Shown piece by piece: positions 58,144-64,000 of a DNA stretch of 64,000 nucleotides; within the stretch, counting starts at the first letter, position 1; each line of letters begins with the position of its first letter. Origin of the DNA: an uncultured bacterium (GTDB lineage: Bacteria > Actinomycetota > Coriobacteriia > Coriobacteriales > Eggerthellaceae). Under the pieces are notes generated by a model. It did not search any database. It was not told the origin of the DNA and saw only the letters and a list, made by a program, of their open reading frames with translations. The stretch is from assembly GCA_905214325.1 (NCBI GenBank), contig CAJMLT010000003.1, forward strand, positions 382 to 64,381, given 5' to 3'. Made by a program: the position numbers and the translations under genes.

Positions 58144-59001
58144 TCAATCTCCGCAGTCGAGACCTTCGAGATAGGCGATAACCGATTCTATCTGATCCTC
58201 GGGCGTTGAAGCTCCCGCGCTGACTCCCACGATACGGCAACCGGCGAACCACTGGGGGTCTATTTCCTCCACCGTTTCTATATGATGGACCGATTCGCAA
58301 CCATGCTGACATATTTCATAGAGCCGGGTGGTGTTAGACGAATTGCGACCGCCGATGACGATCATGACGTCAACCTGTCCGGCGAGTTCGGCCGCTGCGA
58401 CCTGACGCTGAGTCGTTGCGAAACAGATGGTATCCTTCACCAGAGGCTCGAATCCACGGGCACGGCACGCGGCGACGATGCGGTCCAGCTTCTCATGGGA
58501 CTGAGTCGTCTGCACAACAATACCGACGGGATCGGCAAGGTCGGAGGGAATGTCGGCAACATCACCCACGATCGTGCAAACTCCCCCCACCCCACGTGCA
58601 TGAGCGGAGATGCTCTCCACTTCGGGATGCCCCTCCTCCCCCACGACGAGAACGTGATAGCCTTCTTTGGCCAAGCGGGCGGCAGCGCGTTGCGCCCGCA
58701 TGACATGAGGGCATGTCGCATCGATGACATCGATATGAAGCCGCTCGAGCGCATCGATGACATCGGGCACCACTCCATGGGAGCGGATCACGATCGTCTC
58801 GGTCGCGATGTCGTCGAGGGAGTCCGCCACCTCCACCCCTTGTCGCCTCAGGCTTTCGACGACACGGGGATTGTGGATCAAAGGACCGAGTGTGGAAACG
58901 CTTTTCTCGGCGGCCGAAGCGCTCTCGACCATATCGAGTGCCCGCTGCACGCCGTAGCAGGCTCCGGCGAAGTCAGCTCTTTTCACGATGAGGGAAGCCA
59001 T
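58144..59001 (-). CDS. ispH: 4-hydroxy-3-methylbut-2-enyl diphosphate reductase
   Basis: LytB family (AGACYGVQRAL, DATCPHV, ICFATTQRQ carry the three Fe-S Cys). ATG 59001 lies 1 nt after the plsC stop. Confidence 0.93.
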   Translation of the reverse strand: MASLIVKRADFAGACYGVQRALDMVESASAAEKSVSTLGPLIHNPRVVESLRRQGVEVADSLDDIATETIVIRSHGVVPDVIDALERLHIDVIDATCPHVMRAQRAAARLAKEGYHVLVVGEEGHPEVESISAHARGVGGVCTIVGDVADIPSDLADPVGIVVQTTQSHEKLDRIVAACRARGFEPLVKDTICFATTQRQVAAAELAGQVDVMIVIGGRNSSNTTRLYEICQHGCESVHHIETVEEIDPQWFAGCRIVGVSAGASTPEDQIESVIAYLEGLDCGD

Positions 59002-59002
59002 G

Positions 59003-59842
59003 TTATTTCTCGCTTTCGACAACGTAGTCTTCGAGCGCATCGAGAGACATCGGAGAAATGGGGTTCTCACGAAAAACACCCGTGTAATCTTTCGAGTCGG
59101 GGAAGAGCGCGGTCATATCCACCTCTTCAGCCGAGACACCACGTGAGAGAGCGAAGGATTCGCGCATGACATACCAAACACATCCTTCCAGGCGCTCCTC
59201 CTTAGCCAGAAAATCGAATGAGGATACCTCGATGGGGTCACCGAACGTCGCGGTGATTTTAGGAAAGCGGAAGAACTTACCCTTCTGCTTCACAAGATCG
59301 ATATTGGTGAGGCCCAAAGGAATCAGCGGAGCTTTCCCCATACGGGCCATAAGTGCAGCCCCACCGTGCAGGGAGGGAATCTTGTCGCCCTTTCCCCGAC
59401 GGGTGCCTTCGGGGAACACCCCGAGAAGTTCACCGTTCTTCAGAATACGTGTAGCCCGTTTGATGGCGGTTCTGTCCGCTGAATCCCGTTTGACGGGAAT
59501 AGCCCCCACCCGGGAGAGTATCTGCCCGAACAAACCACCCGCGATATCGAAAAGCGAATCCCTCCCCAAAAGACGAATCCACTGTCGGGGACGCGCGGAA
59601 AGAAAGATGATGACCACATCGAGGTAGGACACATGGGGCGCGACGACGACCGCCCCGCGCTTCTTTCCTTCGAAAGCCCGCAGAACCTCTTGATTGTCGA
59701 TGCGATAACGGAAAAGGATTTTACAGAGAAAACCGAAGAGACCGGAAAAAAAACGACCCCACCCATGGGGAATTTCGTCGCTCGTGTCGTTGCCGCCCAA
59801 CGATTTATCCCACAACTGTTCACGGGAATAGAATAAAGCCAT
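59003..59842 (-). CDS. plsC: 1-acyl-sn-glycerol-3-phosphate acyltransferase family protein
   Basis: HX4D motif (PHVSYLD) and FPEGTRR. Confidence 0.85.
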   Translation of the reverse strand: MALFYSREQLWDKSLGGNDTSDEIPHGWGRFFSGLFGFLCKILFRYRIDNQEVLRAFEGKKRGAVVVAPHVSYLDVVIIFLSARPRQWIRLLGRDSLFDIAGGLFGQILSRVGAIPVKRDSADRTAIKRATRILKNGELLGVFPEGTRRGKGDKIPSLHGGAALMARMGKAPLIPLGLTNIDLVKQKGKFFRFPKITATFGDPIEVSSFDFLAKEERLEGCVWYVMRESFALSRGVSAEEVDMTALFPDSKDYTGVFRENPISPMSLDALEDYVVESEK

Positions 59843-59845
59843 GCG

Positions 59846-60520
59846 TCAAGACATCCTTTTGCGCGCCATCGAACAGATACGATCGATGATATCTTCGATA
59901 TAGGAATCGGTGGAGTCGAGGTGTAGAGCATCTTCAGCCTGCATCAAAGGAGAAGCCTCACGATTCGAATCAACCGTATCGCGGCGTTCGATATCGGCAA
60001 GCACCTCCCTATAGTCGATGGAGCCGACCCCCCGATCAACATTCTGGCGGACACGACGATGGGCACGCTCTTCGGCGGAGGCGGTTAGAAACACCTTCAC
60101 TTCCGCTTCGGGAAAAACGACCGTTGCGATATCGCGTCCCTCCACCACGTAATTTCCCGCCTCACCGATACGACGCTGCTGTTCGACAAGAGCTTCGCGC
60201 ACGGCGGGAACCGCCGAAACAGGGGAAACCGCCTTGTCTATTTCCGCGCTACGTATCGCGTCGGTTATCTCAGCCCCATCGATAAAGACACGACGAGCAA
60301 CGGGATTACCCGATTCGTGACCGAAGGATATCTCACAATCGAGGGCTACTTTTCCAAGAGCGTCCCCGTCATCGAGAGACACACCCCGTTGCAAAGCCTT
60401 CCACGCAACCGCGCGATACATCGCCCCGGTATCCAAACAGGAAAAACCCAGCTTACGGGCTACCGCCTTCGCGACGGTTGATTTTCCCGCACCCGAAGGA
60501 CCATCTATTGCAATGATCAT
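59846..60520 (-). CDS. cmk: cytidylate kinase
   Basis: Motifs IIAIDGPSGAGKST and LDTGAMYR. Confidence 0.95.
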   Translation of the reverse strand: MIIAIDGPSGAGKSTVAKAVARKLGFSCLDTGAMYRAVAWKALQRGVSLDDGDALGKVALDCEISFGHESGNPVARRVFIDGAEITDAIRSAEIDKAVSPVSAVPAVREALVEQQRRIGEAGNYVVEGRDIATVVFPEAEVKVFLTASAEERAHRRVRQNVDRGVGSIDYREVLADIERRDTVDSNREASPLMQAEDALHLDSTDSYIEDIIDRICSMARKRMS

Positions 60521-61845
60521 CGTGCCAACCTTTCAAGACTCGTGAGGAACTGAGGGAAACTGACCTTAACCGAATCGAAATCAACAATATCGACCGCCTG
60601 ATCACCGCAAAGGCCCACAAGGGCCCACGTCATGGCCAGACGATGATCCTTACGGGAATCGAAGACAAGCCCTTCGGGAATCCGAAGATCGGGCTGTCCC
60701 TCGATGAACAGATCATCGTTTTCGCTCCACGCGTTGACACCGAGAAGACCCAATCCCTCGATGACGGCCTCCAAACGGTTCGATTCTTTCTTGCTGAGCT
60801 CGGAAACCCCCCTGAACACCGTCATTCCCGAAGCGAAGGCGGCAACAAGGGAAAGGACGGGAATCTCATCGATAACGCTGGCGATATGCTGGGAGGGAAT
60901 CTCGCAACCGACGAGACGATCGCTGTAGGCAGCCTCGATCATACCGTAAGGCTCCTTGCCCTCAGCCCCCATATGACGCACTTCGACGGAAGCCCCCATG
61001 CGCTCAAGCGTGCGGGTGAACCCTATACGCGCTGTATTGAGGCTCACATTCTCTATCTGAATGGAGCTCCCCTTTTTAAGAAGAGCAGCACAGATCAAAA
61101 ACGCTGCAGAGGAAGGATCACCGGGAACATCGACTTCCGAGGCACGGAGAACGACCGGACCCCGCACCGAAGCACTTCGATACGCCGCCGAAGTTTCGGC
61201 TCCGTATTCGGGCAACATCAATTCGGTGTGATTGCGTGAAGGAGCCGGTTCGTTTACCGTCGTCACCCCATCGGCCGACAAGCCGGCAAGAAGCACAGCC
61301 GTCTTCAACTGGGCGGATGCCATGGGGGCATCGTAGGTCATGGCCTTCAGCTGTTCGGTTCCCGTCTCAACCACGGGAAGATGCTCGGTCATCTCGGGCT
61401 CGAAACGCACCCCCATCTTCATGAGGGGAGCTATGATGCGGCGCATCGGCCTCGTCTTGAGAGAGTCGTCACCGGTTATCTCGACACGCACAGGCCAAGG
61501 CGCCAAAACCCCCATCAACAAACGGGCGGTCGTACCCGAATTACCACAGTCGATGGGACCATCGGGTTGATTCGGGCCCTTCGCCCCCCACCCCGTGATG
61601 CCCCCTGCGAGAGATCCGTCTATCTGGCGCTCCAAACTGACCTGAGCACCGAGGGCACGAACGGCCGCCAGAGACGAACGGATATCGGCCGAATCCAGCA
61701 CCCCCGTCAAGCGGGATGTCCCCTCAGCCATAGCCGAGAAGAGAATGGCTCGATGGGATATGGACTTATCACCGGGAACCCGCAAGGACCCATCGAGAGG
61801 AGCTGACAGGGGTTCGATGTGGGTTGTATTCAAGGGCTTAGTCAT
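60517..61845 (-). CDS. aroA: 3-phosphoshikimate 1-carboxyvinyltransferase (EPSP synthase)
   Basis: Motifs LRVPGDKSISHRA and NSGTTARLL. 442 aa. Confidence 0.95.
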   Translation of the reverse strand: MTKPLNTTHIEPLSAPLDGSLRVPGDKSISHRAILFSAMAEGTSRLTGVLDSADIRSSLAAVRALGAQVSLERQIDGSLAGGITGWGAKGPNQPDGPIDCGNSGTTARLLMGVLAPWPVRVEITGDDSLKTRPMRRIIAPLMKMGVRFEPEMTEHLPVVETGTEQLKAMTYDAPMASAQLKTAVLLAGLSADGVTTVNEPAPSRNHTELMLPEYGAETSAAYRSASVRGPVVLRASEVDVPGDPSSAAFLICAALLKKGSSIQIENVSLNTARIGFTRTLERMGASVEVRHMGAEGKEPYGMIEAAYSDRLVGCEIPSQHIASVIDEIPVLSLVAAFASGMTVFRGVSELSKKESNRLEAVIEGLGLLGVNAWSENDDLFIEGQPDLRIPEGLVFDSRKDHRLAMTWALVGLCGDQAVDIVDFDSVKVSFPQFLTSLERLAR

Positions 61846-62980
61846 GGTCGCTCTCCTTTGAAAACAGGGGATTGAATGAAATACTGAATCCGGCTTTGAT
61901 GAGCTGGGTGGATAGCTTTCCGATGTCGCCTTCGTCGGTCAGAACCAGGCTGAGAACTGCGCTGGAAGAAGTAATATGGTCGATCTCGATCGACTGGATA
62001 TTGCAACCGACCTGACTCGCGATCGTCGTGACCTCAGCCACGATTCCCTTGCGATCCGTAAGGGGAATGCGCACTTCGAGAAGATCTTCGGTGGCGGGAA
62101 CCCATTTGACGGGCAGCGAGCGCCGTGCGTCGGCGGCGCGCTGGAGAAGGCGGGAAAACTCTTTTTCGTCAGCCTGTTCGAGTGCATCGGAAAATTCCTT
62201 CAAGATGGTTTGCACCTCTTTGAGACCCTCGACGATAGCCTGTGAATTATCGAAGGCGATACCGGTCCAAAGGGCGGGGGAACCCGCAGCGATGCGCGTC
62301 GAGTCCTTGAAACCTCCGGCGGCAAGACGAAACAGGGCTTCTTGGTCTCCCGCATGACGAACCGCCAGTTCAACCAAGGAAGAAGCGACGAAATGGGGAA
62401 CATGACTCACGATGGCAACCGCCTCATCGTGATTTTCCCGCGAGAGGGCGACCACACGGGCTCCCAACGAAGTAAGCATCTCATGAAGCGCGGCGAAAAG
62501 CTCGGCAGGGGTGGTTTCGTCGGGGCACAGCACCCAATGAGCCCCTTGGAACAGATCCTCCCGAGCACCGGCTATACCGCTTTTTTCAGAACCCGACATC
62601 GGATGACCGGGAATGTAGTTATCGGGATATCTTAAAAGATTCTGGGCCTCTTGTACGACCAGAGCCTTCGTGGAACAGGCATCGGTGACGATACCTTTAT
62701 AATCGCTTTCGGCGATCAAGGCGAAGTAGTCGGGAGCACAGGACACCGGGGTGGCTATCATTATCAGATCGACCGTCGGAAACACGTCGACCAAAACGGA
62801 ATCATCGGAGAGAAATCCCTCATCGATCCAACCGCGCTCCCTACCCTGATCGAGCGCGTCGGAACAACGATCGATACCGACGATTCTCGCTGCGGGATAT
62901 GCTCTACGATAGGCGGCGGCAAACGATGCGCCGATAAGACCGAAACCGACCACTGCAACGGATTTGAACTGGCTACTCAT
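61838..62980 (-). CDS. tyrA: prephenate dehydrogenase with C-terminal ACT domain
   Basis: Motifs VAVVGFGLIGASFA and HPMSG, with an ACT-like tail. The start is set at ATG 62980. There is an 8-nt overlap with aroA. Confidence 0.87.
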   Translation of the reverse strand: MSSQFKSVAVVGFGLIGASFAAAYRRAYPAARIVGIDRCSDALDQGRERGWIDEGFLSDDSVLVDVFPTVDLIMIATPVSCAPDYFALIAESDYKGIVTDACSTKALVVQEAQNLLRYPDNYIPGHPMSGSEKSGIAGAREDLFQGAHWVLCPDETTPAELFAALHEMLTSLGARVVALSRENHDEAVAIVSHVPHFVASSLVELAVRHAGDQEALFRLAAGGFKDSTRIAAGSPALWTGIAFDNSQAIVEGLKEVQTILKEFSDALEQADEKEFSRLLQRAADARRSLPVKWVPATEDLLEVRIPLTDRKGIVAEVTTIASQVGCNIQSIEIDHITSSSAVLSLVLTDEGDIGKLSTQLIKAGFSISFNPLFSKESDHD

Positions 62981-63047
62981 AGATTCTCTTACCTGACTTC
63001 TCTTCGACACCCATCGTATTCGATGTATCAATTCTAGCACGGGGTCA

Positions 63048-63767
63048 TCAAAGAACAGATGAGAGCTCTTCTATCTCCTCCGAGGTAAGGACCCGATACT
63101 CTCCCAGCTCAAGATCACCCAAACCAAGCGGCCCGAAAAGACTGCGATGGAGCGTACGAACGGGATGACCCACGGCCTCGCACATGCGACGAACCTGTCT
63201 CTTACGTCCTTCGTGAATCGTAATCTCCAGACAGGTGGTGTTCTTCGGGTGGCGCGATGATCCGAAATCGACACGGGCAGGCTGAGTCATACCATCTTCA
63301 AGCTCGATTCCCACACGCAAACGCTCCACGTCATCCGACGACACCTTGCCCTCAACAAGCGCTTCATAGGTTTTCTCGACATGCCTACTCGGATGGAGAA
63401 GCGCGTTACCCAGTTCACCATCGGTCGTGAACAAAAGCAAACCCGTCGTATCCTTATCGAGCCGTCCGACGGGAAAAAGAGACGGATAGCGGTCAAGGGG
63501 AAGTAGGTCGGCAACACAGGGCCTGGCAAAAGGGTCGGCCATGGTGGTAAGGTAGCCCGCCGGTTTATTGAGCATGATGACGACCGTCTGATCGACAAGC
63601 GCAACGGATTCTCCATCGAGACGAACATCGTCGGTACCGGGTCGCACCTTCGTGCCCAACAGCGAAACCACCTGTCCGTTCACGCTTACCCGACCATCGA
63701 GGATCAGCGCCTCGCAAGCCCGCCTGCTCGCCACCCCTGAGCGAGCAAGATACTTTTGAAGGCGCAT
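63048..63767 (-). CDS. rluB: pseudouridine synthase, RsuA/RluB family
   Basis: S4 domain MRLQKYLARSGVASRRACEALILDGRVSVNG and the catalytic motif GRLDKDTTGLLL. The start is set at ATG 63767. The listed start 63803 is a TTG that overlaps the upstream gene. Confidence 0.88.
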   Translation of the reverse strand: MRLQKYLARSGVASRRACEALILDGRVSVNGQVVSLLGTKVRPGTDDVRLDGESVALVDQTVVIMLNKPAGYLTTMADPFARPCVADLLPLDRYPSLFPVGRLDKDTTGLLLFTTDGELGNALLHPSRHVEKTYEALVEGKVSSDDVERLRVGIELEDGMTQPARVDFGSSRHPKNTTCLEITIHEGRKRQVRRMCEAVGHPVRTLHRSLFGPLGLGDLELGEYRVLTSEEIEELSSVL

Positions 63768-63789
63768 GGGGGTAGCATCATCTCTGTCG

Positions 63790-64000
63790 TCAGTCCTCTT
63801 CAAAGATCAATCCCTCGAAATCGATCTTCTCGACCACGCCGGCACTCGAACTCAGCGCATCGGAAAGCATCGTCTGCATTGCCTGCTGCATGGATTCACC
63901 CCGAGCTCGGTTCGGTTCATCGCTCCCCTCTTCGAGAGGAGATTCGTAAGTATAGTCGCTGCGAACCACCTTGAGCCTATCGGCGATAAACGCCCGCGTG
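63790..64000 (-). CDS. 3' end of an upstream gene, possibly segregation/condensation protein ScpB (5' part lies outside the window)
   Basis: The open frame reads ...TRAFIADRLKVVRSDYTYESPLEEGSDEPN...EKIDFEGLIFEED and stops at TGA 63792..63790. The scpB call rests only on the common scpB-rluB gene order and an acidic tail. Confidence 0.4.
   Translation of the reverse strand, partial: TRAFIADRLKVVRSDYTYESPLEEGSDEPNRARGESMQQAMQTMLSDALSSSAGVVEKIDFEGLIFEED

Overview
This 64-kb window is a chromosomal segment from a high-GC Gram-positive bacterium. Hand counts of a few 60-nt lines give about 57% GC in a housekeeping gene. Gene order (rpsA..coaE-uvrB; Nif3-COG1579-RNase H), together with a T-box leader, trmFO and plsY/gpsA/der, suggests Actinomycetota, probably class Coriobacteriia. 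That assignment is inference, since no search was possible.

I call 57 protein genes, 54 of them on the minus strand, plus one tRNA-Leu(UAG). There are no rRNA genes, CRISPR arrays, IS elements or prophage.

Most of the content is core housekeeping:
- DNA repair and maintenance: uvrB, uvrA, ogt, xerC, rnhB, and the dprA-comM-yraN cluster.
- Translation: rpsA, rplS, prfA-prmC, thrS, valS, mnmA, trmFO, der, rluB.
- Proteostasis: tig-clpP-clpX.
- Amino-acid biosynthesis: an ilvD-ilvB-ilvN-ilvC operon behind a T-box-like attenuator, serC-serA, and aroA-tyrA.
- Redox: trxA-trxB.
- Lipid and isoprenoid metabolism: gpsA, plsY, plsC, ispH, cmk.

The places that are not ordinary:
1. A roughly 1040-codon low-GC secreted surface-protein gene sits inside the rpsA..coaE-uvrB neighbourhood. 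A G10 homopolymer tract separates it from its own start codon and signal peptide. This is either a candidate phase-variation switch or a homopolymer assembly error.
2. The T-box leader of the ilv operon has a hand-read specifier and discriminator-pairing base that do not fit Ile, Leu or Val.
3. A LysR-controlled CaiB/HadA-like CoA-transferase plus crotonase pair lies near a CaiE-like hexapeptide protein.
4. An RNase HI-QueD fusion gene carries an internal Shine-Dalgarno and ATG at the domain junction, inside a conserved Nif3-COG1579-RNase H operon.

I see no obviously novel multi-gene system such as a defence island. All family assignments come from motif recognition by eye.
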